Of a stretch of DNA of 64,000 bases, positions 25,477 through 35,195 are shown in pieces. This stretch comes from an uncultured delta proteobacterium (lineage in GTDB: Bacteria; Desulfobacterota; Binatia; JACPRU01): contig CAVUWD010000011.1 in assembly GCA_963745025.1 (NCBI GenBank), forward strand, positions 160,001 through 224,000, given 5' to 3'. A program made the translations under genes and the position numbers. The notes under the pieces were generated by a model. It ran no database searches. It was given only the letters and a program-made list of their open reading frames with translations, and was not told where the DNA came from. How positions within the stretch are numbered: position 1 is the stretch's first letter; every line of letters begins with the position of its first letter.

Positions 25477-26097
25477 GTGGACGGGAACGATTCCAACAAT
25501 CGAGAGACCACGCGCCCGATCTCCGTCCCTCTCGCGGCGGCCGTGCTGATGGCCGCCATGCTAGTCCGTTCGGGGGCTCGCACACGGGTCGACGTGCAGG
25601 CAAACCCCTCGCGCCTCCAATGGTCGCTCTTTCGTCGCGTTGACTCCATGTCGGGCTCTTCGGAGGACGCTCGGATCGCCGCCGAGATGTCGTTTCCCCG
25701 GCCCTTGAAGATGGAGAACGTGGGCGGCGAATATCGCCTGCCCTCGTTCACCATCACCGTCGCGCCCGAGCCGGCGCGGACGATGGTGCGGCGCTCGGTC
25801 GCCCTCTCGGAGTACCTGCTCCGCCACGAGCAGGGCCACTATGACATCGTCGTCCTCGCCGCGCGGGCGCTGGCGCGCGAGCTCGACGTGATGACTGCGG
25901 CCTCCGGGCAAGAATTGTCGCAGCGGGTGCAGGACTGCGTCGACAAGCATACGGACCGCGCGAAGGCGTTGAGCGAAGCCTACGATCGAGAGACCGACCG
26001 GAGCCGCGATCCGATGGCCCAGGTGCGCTGGACCGAACGGATCGCCGCCGCCTTGAGCGATCCGCAGACCTCGAATATCGCCGGCCTGCCGCTTTGA
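25477..26097 (+). CDS. DUF922-like putative Zn-dependent protease
   Basis: LLRHEQGHYDI HExxH motif, YDRETD and RW..RI helical tail; hydrophobic N-terminus; start uncertain (GTG 25477 or ATG 25549). Confidence 0.65.
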   Translation: MDGNDSNNRETTRPISVPLAAAVLMAAMLVRSGARTRVDVQANPSRLQWSLFRRVDSMSGSSEDARIAAEMSFPRPLKMENVGGEYRLPSFTITVAPEPARTMVRRSVALSEYLLRHEQGHYDIVVLAARALARELDVMTAASGQELSQRVQDCVDKHTDRAKALSEAYDRETDRSRDPMAQVRWTERIAAALSDPQTSNIAGLPL

Positions 26098-26111
26098 GCG
26101 ACCTGATGAAG

Positions 26112-26142
26112 AGAGGGGCAGGCGCGTGATGCCTGCCCCTCT
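26112..26142. terminator. Probable bidirectional intrinsic terminator
   Basis: 12-bp stem AGAGGGGCAGGC / GCCTGCCCCTCT between convergent genes. Confidence 0.7.
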
Positions 26143-26173
26143 TCGCTTTCTCGCCGCGCTTCGGATTATCGTT

Positions 26174-28381
26174 CTACTTCTTCCAGCTCTGCTCCGGAGC
26201 CGTCGCGGCCGGCTCGCCGTGGTGCTCCCAGAGTTGCCTCGCAGTCGGCAGGGCGGCGATCCCCGCGCCACTTCCCTCGACGATTCTCGGCGTCAGGAAG
26301 ATCAGCAGCTCCTCGCGAAGGTTCGCGCGCAGCATCCGCTTGAAGAGCCAGCTGAGGCCCGGGATGCTCCGGAACCAGGGAATCCCGTTCTCCTGATCGA
26401 GGCTGTTGTCGCGGAACACGCCACCCATGACCAGCGTCTCGCCGCCCTTGATCAGCACCGTCGTGCTCGCTTCGCGGTCGAGCGTGCTGGGGATGTTGTC
26501 GGGCGGAGTGACTTCTCCCGGCGTGCTCGAGACCACCTTGAGCTGCATGAGCACGAACCCGTCTATGGAGACTTGCGGCACGGCCTGCAGGATGATTCCA
26601 GTCGTGATGTCCTGGAACGCGACCGCCTGTGCGCCGCCGCCGCTGCCGATGATGGTCCCGGCGCTCGGCAGACGCACGCGCTGGATGAGCACGCTGGCGA
26701 TGCAGGCGGGTTGATTGTTGGCGGTGGTCACTTTCGGCCGCGAGATCACCTTGGCCTTACCTTCCTTTTCCAGAGCGGTGATCCGCGCGTCGAGCTGCTT
26801 GGAGCCGTCGATCGATCCGAGGGCGAGGTCGAATGCGCTGCCGCTCCCCGCCCCGACCGTGCTCGCGGGGAAATCGGCGATGAAGGGAACGGCAAGCTGG
26901 GGCAGCTGTACACCTGGGATATTGGATACCCCGCTTGTAGGAGCCGTGCCTAAACCAAGTCCGTTTGGCCCGACGCTATTGCCTCCTAGCTGAACCATCC
27001 CGGGAAAATTATGGCCCGGTGCATTGCCGAACTGCGGCGCATAGGCGGCGTTGTAGCCCCACTGGATGCCGAGGTCGCGAGCGAACGTGTCCGTCGCCTC
27101 GACGATGTTGGATTCGATCAATACCTGGGGCGTGGGCACGTCGAGCTTGGCGAGCAGGTCCCGAGCGGCGTCGATGCCGCGCTGGATGTCGCGGACGATG
27201 ACCGTGTTGCTGCGGGCATCCACTCGAACCTTGCCGCGGTCGGACAGCACGTCCTTGATCTCGTCGACGAGCTTGTCACCCTGGTCGGACTGGCCTTGCG
27301 AAGCGGTGTTCGCACACACCTGCTGCGTCGAGCCGAGCGTCGCGCTGCCTTGCAGATTCGGCAGCAACTCCCTTCCGGTCACCTTCAGGTAGTTGACGCG
27401 GATATACGCGGTCCTCAGCGGCTCGAGCTCCTTGGCGGCCTGCTCGGCGGCGAGCTGCGCCTCGCGCTCTTCCTTGAGCCTCGTGACCGTCGACACCCGG
27501 CGGACGTTTCCGATCTTGATGCTGTCGAGGCGGTTGGCCTGCAGCACGATGTCGAGAGCCTGATCCCAGGGAACGTCGACTAGCCGGACGGTGATGCGGC
27601 CTTTCACGTCGTCGGTGGCGACGATGTTCTCACCCCCGACTTCGGAAAGGATGCGGAGCACGTTCAGGATGTCGGCATCTTTGAAGTCGAGGGAGATCTT
27701 CTGCCCGGTATAAACCCTACCGGCCGCGGGTCTCCCGGACTCCGTCACGTGCTCCGGCGTAGGCGGCTCGATCTCCGCCATCTCCACCCTCGGCCCAGCC
27801 GTCGATCCCGCGGCGGCCATCGCCGGGGCCTCACCCCCTTCGGCGTAGAGAACCTGCGACCTCGCCGGGGCGGGCTTCCCGCTGCGCTCGCCGAGGAACG
27901 CGACCACCATGGTCTTCAGATCGTTCACGGTGTACTTCGGCGTAGCTCCCTTGAGATCGACGGTGATGCGCAACCGGCCGTCTTGCTGGCCGACCCGCAC
28001 GCGCGACACGCGCGGATCGTCGATGGCGGTTCGCTCGATTGCCTTGAGATCCCTCGAGACCGGCCCGTGGGCGTCTATGACCAGCCGGCTCGGATTCTGC
28101 AGCGTGGAGCTCTCGACCTTGTCTGGAATTCGGGAGAGCTTGACGAAGATACCTGTCTGCCCTTCGTCGTCGACCAGCTTGATCCCCTTCACGCGCAGCG
28201 TCGCGTCTTGCGCCTCCTCCACTGGAGCAGGAGCCGCCGCTGGCGGCGCGACCTCGGCCCTGTCCTGCGCGGCAGCGGCCGGTTCAGGGACAGGAGGCTT
28301 TGCTTTCTGCGCGCATCCCGCCGCCAGGAACACTAGACCGAGCGCCAACCCATAACCGCCCCAAGGTCTCCGTCCGCTCAT
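26174..28381 (-). CDS. pilQ: Type IV pilus secretin with AMIN domain
   Basis: Lipobox, PSRLVID AMIN, YTGQKISLDFKDAD, VPWDQALD, QVLIESNIVE, ELLIFLTPRI. Confidence 0.96.
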   Translation of the reverse strand: MSGRRPWGGYGLALGLVFLAAGCAQKAKPPVPEPAAAAQDRAEVAPPAAAPAPVEEAQDATLRVKGIKLVDDEGQTGIFVKLSRIPDKVESSTLQNPSRLVIDAHGPVSRDLKAIERTAIDDPRVSRVRVGQQDGRLRITVDLKGATPKYTVNDLKTMVVAFLGERSGKPAPARSQVLYAEGGEAPAMAAAGSTAGPRVEMAEIEPPTPEHVTESGRPAAGRVYTGQKISLDFKDADILNVLRILSEVGGENIVATDDVKGRITVRLVDVPWDQALDIVLQANRLDSIKIGNVRRVSTVTRLKEEREAQLAAEQAAKELEPLRTAYIRVNYLKVTGRELLPNLQGSATLGSTQQVCANTASQGQSDQGDKLVDEIKDVLSDRGKVRVDARSNTVIVRDIQRGIDAARDLLAKLDVPTPQVLIESNIVEATDTFARDLGIQWGYNAAYAPQFGNAPGHNFPGMVQLGGNSVGPNGLGLGTAPTSGVSNIPGVQLPQLAVPFIADFPASTVGAGSGSAFDLALGSIDGSKQLDARITALEKEGKAKVISRPKVTTANNQPACIASVLIQRVRLPSAGTIIGSGGGAQAVAFQDITTGIILQAVPQVSIDGFVLMQLKVVSSTPGEVTPPDNIPSTLDREASTTVLIKGGETLVMGGVFRDNSLDQENGIPWFRSIPGLSWLFKRMLRANLREELLIFLTPRIVEGSGAGIAALPTARQLWEHHGEPAATAPEQSWKK

Positions 28382-28857
28382 GGCCGCTTCTCCCCTTCTG
28401 GTTTGAGCCTGAGTACGATCTCGCTTTTCTTCTTTTCTCCGTAAAAATCAACAAATTCCTCTTCGACGATGACCCGGTCCGGTTCGATCGTCTTCACGAC
28501 TCCACCTTGATTACCGATCTTCACACCCAGGGCGATCGTGTAGCCGAGGCCCGTATCGTCCTCGACCATCGCCTTCGGATTTTGCGTATCGAAGATCACT
28601 GCCACGAGCTTCAGAGCACCGACGTCGTATTGCTCGAGCGGCGTACGGGGCGTCTCGACGGGCTTCGGCCGGAGCGCGAGGTTGAAGGGCCGAAAGGGAT
28701 CCCGCAGGCCGGGCGTCGGGACCAGCGAGGGCGCGGCGCCAACGGTCGGCCGTGACGCGGGCGGCGCGCTCGGCGCGTCGGCGGCCGCGAGCGGTTCGGC
28801 CCAGAACGCGCCGACGAGCGTGATCGACAGAATGACGAGGGCCTCCGTCCGCCTCAT
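28378..28857 (-). CDS. pilP: Type IV pilus assembly protein PilP
   Basis: RDPFRP, TPLEQYD, LKLVAVI, KAMVED, IGNQGG; position in operon. Confidence 0.92.
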   Translation of the reverse strand: MRRTEALVILSITLVGAFWAEPLAAADAPSAPPASRPTVGAAPSLVPTPGLRDPFRPFNLALRPKPVETPRTPLEQYDVGALKLVAVIFDTQNPKAMVEDDTGLGYTIALGVKIGNQGGVVKTIEPDRVIVEEEFVDFYGEKKKSEIVLRLKPEGEKRP

Positions 28858-29471
28858 TGCTTTTCCTTCCTCGCACGCTCGGCGGCGATGCGGGCTCGTT
28901 CATCCTCCGAGAGGAAGCGGAACGTCACCGCATTGCAGCTCGTACCGAGGATCACGCGGCCCTCGCTCACGACGGGCGCCTTCATGCCGATGTCCTTCAC
29001 GTTGACGATTCGGTTCAGCTTACCGACCTTGTCGAAGAATTCCGTAAGCTGCGCATACGTCCCTTTCATCAACACCTCGACAGGGACTTCGGCGTAGAAG
29101 TCCTGGAGCACTTCCGGTCGCTGCCGAAAGACTAGGATCTCGAGCCCGGATTCGCGCCCGAGGGATGAGACCGTCGAGAGCAAGTCCGGAATCTCCTTCT
29201 GATCGGGCAGCTGGGCGATCGCTTCCTTCAGCTTCGCGTCGAGATCCTTCACCTCTTTGCGGAGCGCCTCGAGCTGCGCCACCATCCGGGTCTTCTTCGC
29301 GTGCTGGGACTCGAGCTCCTCGAGACGCCCGCTCCGTTCCTGCAGCCTCATCGCCACCGGGGAATAGAAGAAGTTCCAGTAAAGGAGCCCGAGCAGCAGA
29401 GCCCCCAAGATGTACGCCCCCAGACGCGTCAGGGGGGTCAAGCCGAAAAAGCGTTCGACAAGGTCGTTCAT
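28854..29471 (-). CDS. pilO: Type IV pilus assembly protein PilO
   Basis: QLPDQKEIPDLL, FYAEVPV, GTYAQL..FF..VGKLNRIV. Confidence 0.94.
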   Translation of the reverse strand: MNDLVERFFGLTPLTRLGAYILGALLLGLLYWNFFYSPVAMRLQERSGRLEELESQHAKKTRMVAQLEALRKEVKDLDAKLKEAIAQLPDQKEIPDLLSTVSSLGRESGLEILVFRQRPEVLQDFYAEVPVEVLMKGTYAQLTEFFDKVGKLNRIVNVKDIGMKAPVVSEGRVILGTSCNAVTFRFLSEDERARIAAERARKEKQ

Positions 29472-30061
29472 GCCCGCGGCTTCTCCTCCGGCGCCTCGGC
29501 CCTCTTCTCGCTAACCGCAGCAGCATAGTTGATCTGCGCCTTGACGATGAATTTCCGCAGCTTGATGTCCCCGACTTGGTCTTGGGTGGTCTCGACCAAG
29601 TCCACGTTGGTGAAGTAGGGAGACCCCGAGAGATTGCGAAGAAACTCGGCGACGATTTGGTTGTCGACCGCCTGGCCGGTGATCGTCGCGCCGCCACCCA
29701 CCTCGCTGAAGTCCGTGAGCCACACACGGTCGGGCGTCGCCTTGGCGAGATCGTTCATCACGCCGACCGGCCCGACCCGCTTGCGACCGAGGTCGGAGAT
29801 CACCTTCAGCTTGGAGTCCAGGGCCTTCCTCTTCGCATCGAGATCGTTGACGTCCCGAACCTGCGAATCGAGCGCCTTGAGCGCTTCCTCGATCTGCCCG
29901 ATGCGGCTCTCGGTGACCGCAATCTGGCGGCCCAGCTGCACTCGTATGGCGACGCCCAAAACCACCAGCAACGCGAGCGCGAGGCCCGCGCGGGTAATCT
30001 CTTGGCGCTGCCGTTCCGCCTGCGCCGCCTGTTTTACGGGAAGAAGATTGATTCGGATCAT
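29468..30061 (-). CDS. pilN: Type IV pilus assembly protein PilN
   Basis: MIRINLLP N-terminal motif, TM helix, PDRVWL, SPYF. Confidence 0.94.
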   Translation of the reverse strand: MIRINLLPVKQAAQAERQRQEITRAGLALALLVVLGVAIRVQLGRQIAVTESRIGQIEEALKALDSQVRDVNDLDAKRKALDSKLKVISDLGRKRVGPVGVMNDLAKATPDRVWLTDFSEVGGGATITGQAVDNQIVAEFLRNLSGSPYFTNVDLVETTQDQVGDIKLRKFIVKAQINYAAAVSEKRAEAPEEKPRA

Positions 30062-31149
30062 TTGTCCCCCGGCCGCCGTACCCCGAGACCTACCGCGATC
30101 GCGAATGAAGCGGCATCCCTCTCGAGCGCGGCGCGATCGACGCCGTGCGCGAGGCGGACGTTGGCGAGCGGATTCGCGATGTGAACGGGCACCTCCAGCC
30201 GCTCGGCGAGCAGGCTCACCAACCCCGGGACCCGAGAGGTCCCGCCGGTGAGCAGGATCGAGCTGATTTGCTCGTCGGTCGCGGCCGTCCAGAAGAAGCT
30301 GAGCGCGCGATGGATCTCCTCGGCGAGGAACTCCTTGACGGGCTGCAGCACCGGCTCGATCTGATCGACTGGATGGGAAGGATTGGTACCGCGCTTGATC
30401 GTTTCCGCTTCCGCGGGGCTAACCCCGAGGTTACGCACCAGCGCGTCGTTGAACTCCTTGCCGCCGACGGGTACGTCGCCCGTGAACGTCGAACGCCCGC
30501 CGCGCAGGATGTTCATGCAAGAGTAGCGAGCGCCGATGTTGACCAGCGCCACGACTTGATTCTCGCTCGGCGGGTAGTTGAGCTCGTACATGTTCTCGAG
30601 AGCGAAGTAGTCGACGTCGACGACCGCGGGCTCGAGACCGGCGATCTGCAGCGTGTTCGTGTAGCTGTTGATGATGTCACGCTTGACGGCGACCAGCAGC
30701 ACCTCGAATTGGCGCTCCTTCTCGAGCACGTCGGTCACCATGTAGTCGAGGTTGACGTTCTCGAGGCTCTCCGGGATGAAGTTTCCGGCCTCGAACAGCA
30801 CCGCGTTTTCCAGCTCGTTCGGCGCTTGGGTCGGCAGCTGAAGCTTCTTGATGATGACCGCCGGCCCGGGCACCGCGGTGATCGCCTCCTTCGCAGAGAT
30901 TCCCGTACTGCGGAGTAGCCCGCGGATCACGCCGGCGACCCCGTCGGGCTCCACGATCATGTTGTTCTGAATGGCGGAAGCCGCCAGCGGGGCCGACCCG
31001 AAGCGGCGGATCGTCAGCTCGGTCGACGTGCCCTCGACCTCGAGAAGTTTGATCGAACTCGAGCCGATGTCGAGGCTAACGTAGCGGCCGTCGCTGCGGA
31101 AGAGCTTGCCGAGGCTCCCGGTGAAGACCTTCGAAAGCGAGAATGCCAA
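30058..31149 (-). CDS. pilM: Type IV pilus assembly actin-like ATPase PilM
   Basis: TTG 31149 after GGGGAG; LDIGSSSIK, VVDVDYFAL, VNIGA, LTGGTSRVPGL. Confidence 0.95.
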   Translation of the reverse strand: MAFSLSKVFTGSLGKLFRSDGRYVSLDIGSSSIKLLEVEGTSTELTIRRFGSAPLAASAIQNNMIVEPDGVAGVIRGLLRSTGISAKEAITAVPGPAVIIKKLQLPTQAPNELENAVLFEAGNFIPESLENVNLDYMVTDVLEKERQFEVLLVAVKRDIINSYTNTLQIAGLEPAVVDVDYFALENMYELNYPPSENQVVALVNIGARYSCMNILRGGRSTFTGDVPVGGKEFNDALVRNLGVSPAEAETIKRGTNPSHPVDQIEPVLQPVKEFLAEEIHRALSFFWTAATDEQISSILLTGGTSRVPGLVSLLAERLEVPVHIANPLANVRLAHGVDRAALERDAASFAIAVGLGVRRPGDK

Positions 31150-31181
31150 GATGTTCTGCTCCCCACCAATCCCGCCCCGAC

Positions 31182-31196
31182 GCAATTCCGCGCCCA
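31182..31196 (-). promoter_or_regulatory. Possible sigma54-type promoter of pilMNOPQ
   Basis: Minus strand TGG-GCGCGGAA-TTGC with correct GG-N10-GC spacing, ~30 nt upstream of pilM; -24 core imperfect. Confidence 0.3.
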
Positions 31197-31767
31197 GGGG
31201 AGAAGTAACCTTGAGAGTCTACATGACTCCTTGTCACGGGTGATTAGCACATGCGCGAAAGCCGCCGCAAACGAAAGCCCGGGGACGGAGTGCTTTTTCG
31301 ATTCACAATTTGACTTCGCGTTGGCCGTTCGCCTAGGACTCGCTTCCAGACAGATGGCCCCATCACGCCGCTCGTTTTGGATCGCCGCGATCGCGCTCGA
31401 GTGGGTGCAGCATGGGCGGAGGTGTTCAACGTGATGCCCTCGTGCTGCATGCGGGGTGACGCTCCGGACGGTGCGGAGTGCCGACACGTCTGGCGTTTTC
31501 TCGCTGTCGGAGACGGCCCGAGAAGGACTGCTATCCGCAACGTCTCGACGGCGCGAAGCTCTGGGCGCTCGACCAGCACATCCCATCGCTCCCCGAATTC
31601 GCCGCGCTCGACCACCGTGAGCTCGGCTTCGGCGAGGCGGTGATGCGCAACAAGCGCGTTCGATTCGCTCTGCACCTCGGCACGGCAGACCGCCCGGCCC
31701 ATCTCGAATGCTCCGAGGATCTCGATGCCGCCTGGGAGCATGGGGCACAGGAACTGAGGTAGCCTTC

Positions 31768-33084
31768 GTGAAAACGTTGACTTCACCGCGCTCGATCCTC
31801 GCGAGGCTCGAGCGCTCGGCCCTGTGGCCTTGGCTTCAAGCGCTCGTCGACTTCGATGCGCACCGTGGCATCGTTCGCGCCGCGTCTCTTTCGTATACGT
31901 CGCTGCTGGCCCTCGTGCCGCTCATCGCCCTCGTCCTGTCGATCTCCAAAGGCATCCTCCGCAATCAGGATCCTCAGCTGCTGCTGAACGCGATCGACCA
32001 TTTCCTGAACTATGCGGTTCCCCAGCTGCAGTATCTCTCGGCCGACGAAGCCGCATCGGCCCGGCAGGACGCCCTGGCTCGCATTCAGGACGCCATCAGC
32101 CGCATCGACGCCGGTGCCCTCGGGGCGTTCGGCGCCTTCACGCTCGTCAGTGTCGGCATCTCGCTCCTGTCGGCGATCGAGCGTGCGTTCAACGACGTTT
32201 GGGGTGTAGCGCGCGGGCGCCCGTTCTCGCGGCGCGTGGTCTACTACTGGGCCGGTGTCACGCTCGGTCCGCTGCTTCTCTTCCTTGCCATCGGGATCAC
32301 CGGTTCGAATGCGGTCGCCTCCGTGCTGGGTCATCTTCCCGGCGCTCCCATGGTCCGCGCGTTCTGGCGTGTGCTGCCCTTCGTGATCCTCTCGTCGGGT
32401 CTGACGCTGCTCTATCGGACGATGCCGAACACCTACGTGCCGGCCAGCGCCGCGATGCGCGGTGGAGTCACCGCTGGAACTCTCGTGCAGCTGAACAACT
32501 TGGCGAGTGCCCTCTACTTTTCCCAGGTTCTACACTACAGCAAGGTGTACGGCGGCTTGGGAGCGATTCCGGTGATGATGGTTGGGCTCTACCTCTCGTG
32601 GGCGATCGTCCTCTACGGCGCGGAGGTCGCGCATGCGGCGGCGAGCCCCAACGTGGAAACCGTGCCGTTCCCGGAAGGGGACGTTGGCCGATCTCGCGTC
32701 GTGCTCGAGGTCGCGCGGGTAGCCGCGGCAGCGTTCCTGAATGGCCACGCGGGGATCTCTCGTGCGGACCTCGCCGCGCAATTGTGCTTTTCCGATGCCT
32801 GGGTCGGCACCGCGCTCGGCCTACTCTGCGACGGAGGATTCTTCGTCGCCACCTCGGCTGACGACGGACAGAACGGGCCTCCGCGCTACCTGCCCGCTCG
32901 CCCGCCGGGTGAAATCGCGGTGCTGGACCTCCTGAGGGCGGTGCAGCGACCGACGGAAGACGTACCGAGCCTGCCGGAGCCGAGCGCCGGGGTAGCAGAG
33001 TTTTTCGCCAAGCTGACGGACGCGGAGCGCTCGCAAGTCGGGCACCTGAGCTTGGAGACGCTCGCGCGAGGCGAGTCCAAATGA
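31768..33084 (+). CDS. YihY/BrkB-family membrane protein with C-terminal Rrf2-like winged helix
   Basis: AASLSYTSLLALVP, IERAFNDVWG, YSKVYGGLGAIPV, LYLSWAIVLYGAE; YLPARPPGEIAVLDL. Confidence 0.88.
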   Translation: MKTLTSPRSILARLERSALWPWLQALVDFDAHRGIVRAASLSYTSLLALVPLIALVLSISKGILRNQDPQLLLNAIDHFLNYAVPQLQYLSADEAASARQDALARIQDAISRIDAGALGAFGAFTLVSVGISLLSAIERAFNDVWGVARGRPFSRRVVYYWAGVTLGPLLLFLAIGITGSNAVASVLGHLPGAPMVRAFWRVLPFVILSSGLTLLYRTMPNTYVPASAAMRGGVTAGTLVQLNNLASALYFSQVLHYSKVYGGLGAIPVMMVGLYLSWAIVLYGAEVAHAAASPNVETVPFPEGDVGRSRVVLEVARVAAAAFLNGHAGISRADLAAQLCFSDAWVGTALGLLCDGGFFVATSADDGQNGPPRYLPARPPGEIAVLDLLRAVQRPTEDVPSLPEPSAGVAEFFAKLTDAERSQVGHLSLETLARGESK

Positions 33085-35129
33085 AGGCCTTGTCCGGTCT
33101 GGCGGCGGCCCGGGATCTGTTTCCGCGTACGGCCGAAATCCGCCTCTCGCCGATCAAGGAGATGGAGCTCCGCGCGGCGCAGATTCCCGGCGTGGTTTCT
33201 CTCGCACAGGGAATTCCGAGCTTCGACACTCCACAGCCGATCGGCCGCTACGTGCAGGAGAAGATCGAGAGCGGCGCATGCAGCCGCTACTCGCTGACGC
33301 CGGGCTTGCCGAAGCTCCGCGAGGCGATCGCCGAGGCGCTCGTCCAAGGCGGCATGCGTTACGATCCGCAGAACGAGATCATCGTCTCGTGTGGCTCGAT
33401 CGAGGCCATCTCCGCGACGCTGCTCGCGGCACTCGAGCCGGGCGCCGAAGTCATCGTCCCATCGCCAAGCTATCCCTCGTACGTGGAGGCGATACGCATG
33501 GCAGGAGGAACGCCGCGGTTCGTCCCCCTCGTGGAGGAGCAGAACTTCGCGCTCGATCTCGAGGCGCTCGAGCGCGTGATCACCCGTAGGACCGTGGCGA
33601 TCCTCTTTGCCAATCCGAACAACCCCACGGGAACCGTCTACTCGCGCGCGCAGATCGAGCGTCTCGTGGAGATCGCCGAGCGGCGCGATCTGCTGATCGT
33701 CAGCGACGAAGTCTACAAGGATTTCCTCTACAACGATGCCGAGCTGTTCACCCCCGCTCGCATCGAAGCCGCGCGAGGGCGCGTCGTGCGGGTGTTTTCG
33801 TTCTCGAAAGCGTACGGCATGACCGGCTGGCGCGTCGGATTCCTCCACTCGGACCGGCGAAACGTCGCCGAAATCCTCAAGGTGCACGACGCGCTGGTCA
33901 CCTGTGCGCCCGTGGTTTCGCAATACGCCGCGCTGGCGGCGCTCGAGCTCGGGGAAGAGCCGATCCGGCAGTTCCGTGCCGAGTTCCTCGAGCGGCGCAA
34001 CTTGACGCTCGGTCACCTCGACCGTCTCTCGCACATCTTCGACTATCAGAAGCCGAACGCCTCGTACTTCGTCTTCCCGCGCGTGAAGGACACCGTGGCG
34101 CTGGCGCGGGATTCGCGCCGGCTGGCGCGCGACATCCTCGATCAGGCTCACGTCGCGCTGGTTCCGGGCGTCGCCTTCGGTCCGACCGGCGAGGCGCACC
34201 TCAGGATCTCCTACAGCCGCCGTCGCGAAGAGATCGAAGAGGCGTTCGCGCGGCTCGCGGACTATTTTCACGGCGCCCGGCAGAGCCGGCGAGCTCCCGT
34301 CTCCGTGGATGCCGAGCGTCTGCCGCTCGCACCGTCCATGTCGGGTACCACGGCGGGCCCACCCCTCTGGAAGCGCTCGACGGTCTTTCCCCGCGCGCGA
34401 CGCGCTGCAATCGCCTATCTCAACTGGCTCGCGCGCCTCTACCTCGCCCGGGTGCGACCACGTCGCGTCGCGATCGCCGGCCTCTCGGGTAAGACCGTCA
34501 TGAAACGGTGGCTGCGCGAGATGCTCGAACCGCGGTTTCGCGTGCGGGCAAATCCTCGCTCGTACAATACCGAGCTCGGTCTACCGCTCGCGATTCTCGA
34601 TACGGCGATCGACTCGTCGACGCTGTCCGGTATCTTCGCGGCGATCGGTAGAGCGAGCCTGCGCGGCTTCTTCGCGTCCGCGCCGCTCGACGTTCTGATT
34701 CTCGAGATGGGCATCCGCCGGCAGGGAGATGCACAAACGCTTCTCGACGCCGTTCAGCCCGACGTGCTGGTGCTGACGCCGCTCGCTCCGAGCTTTTCGA
34801 ACGATCTGTCCTTCCTGGAAACGGTCGAGCGCGAGATTGCCTCGCTCGCCCGAAACGTCGCCGGTCATGGCGGACAGATCGTCGCGTGCGGCGATGACCC
34901 GCGGCTCCTCGCGGCGGTCACGGGACTCTCCGGCCTGCGAATCTTCGGGCGCGACCAAGCGAAGCGGAACGGCCACGCGCTGCAGATCGACGTCGGCGGC
35001 GAGCGCTTCGTCGTCGGCCTCGACGTGATCGGCGAGAGCTCGCTCTACGCGGTGCTGGCCGGCATCGAGGTCGCCCGGCTACTCGGCGTGGGCGACGCGG
35101 AGATCCGAAGGTTCCTAGCCGGTCGCTGA
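33081..35129 (+). CDS. Fusion: class I/II PLP aminotransferase + truncated MurF-like ligase central domain
   Basis: NPNNPTG, SDEVY, SFSKAYGMTGWRVG, LRISY; then IAGLSGKT, SYNTELGLPLAIL, LILEMG. Confidence 0.85.
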   Translation: MKALSGLAAARDLFPRTAEIRLSPIKEMELRAAQIPGVVSLAQGIPSFDTPQPIGRYVQEKIESGACSRYSLTPGLPKLREAIAEALVQGGMRYDPQNEIIVSCGSIEAISATLLAALEPGAEVIVPSPSYPSYVEAIRMAGGTPRFVPLVEEQNFALDLEALERVITRRTVAILFANPNNPTGTVYSRAQIERLVEIAERRDLLIVSDEVYKDFLYNDAELFTPARIEAARGRVVRVFSFSKAYGMTGWRVGFLHSDRRNVAEILKVHDALVTCAPVVSQYAALAALELGEEPIRQFRAEFLERRNLTLGHLDRLSHIFDYQKPNASYFVFPRVKDTVALARDSRRLARDILDQAHVALVPGVAFGPTGEAHLRISYSRRREEIEEAFARLADYFHGARQSRRAPVSVDAERLPLAPSMSGTTAGPPLWKRSTVFPRARRAAIAYLNWLARLYLARVRPRRVAIAGLSGKTVMKRWLREMLEPRFRVRANPRSYNTELGLPLAILDTAIDSSTLSGIFAAIGRASLRGFFASAPLDVLILEMGIRRQGDAQTLLDAVQPDVLVLTPLAPSFSNDLSFLETVEREIASLARNVAGHGGQIVACGDDPRLLAAVTGLSGLRIFGRDQAKRNGHALQIDVGGERFVVGLDVIGESSLYAVLAGIEVARLLGVGDAEIRRFLAGR

Positions 35130-35130
35130 A

Positions 35131-35194
35131 GGCTACCGACTTCCGGCTACCGGCAAAGAAGCCGTGGCTGCGGTGGCCGGTGGCCGGTGGCCGG
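35131..35194. repeat. Heptamer-armed palindromic intergenic element
   Basis: GGCTACC-type units, CAAAGA core, GGTGGCC units. Confidence 0.7.
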
Positions 35195-35195
35195 A

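Noticed and set aside
24358-26097. 579-aa plus-strand ORF as one protein
   Set aside because: The first ~370 codons are antisense to the L,D-transpeptidase; only the HExxH-containing 3' part looks coding.
31244-31786. Overlapping antiparallel ORFs between pilM and yihY (31478-31762 +, 31244-31786 -)
   Set aside because: They share codon register and neither shows a recognisable motif or clear RBS. I cannot tell which, if either, is real.
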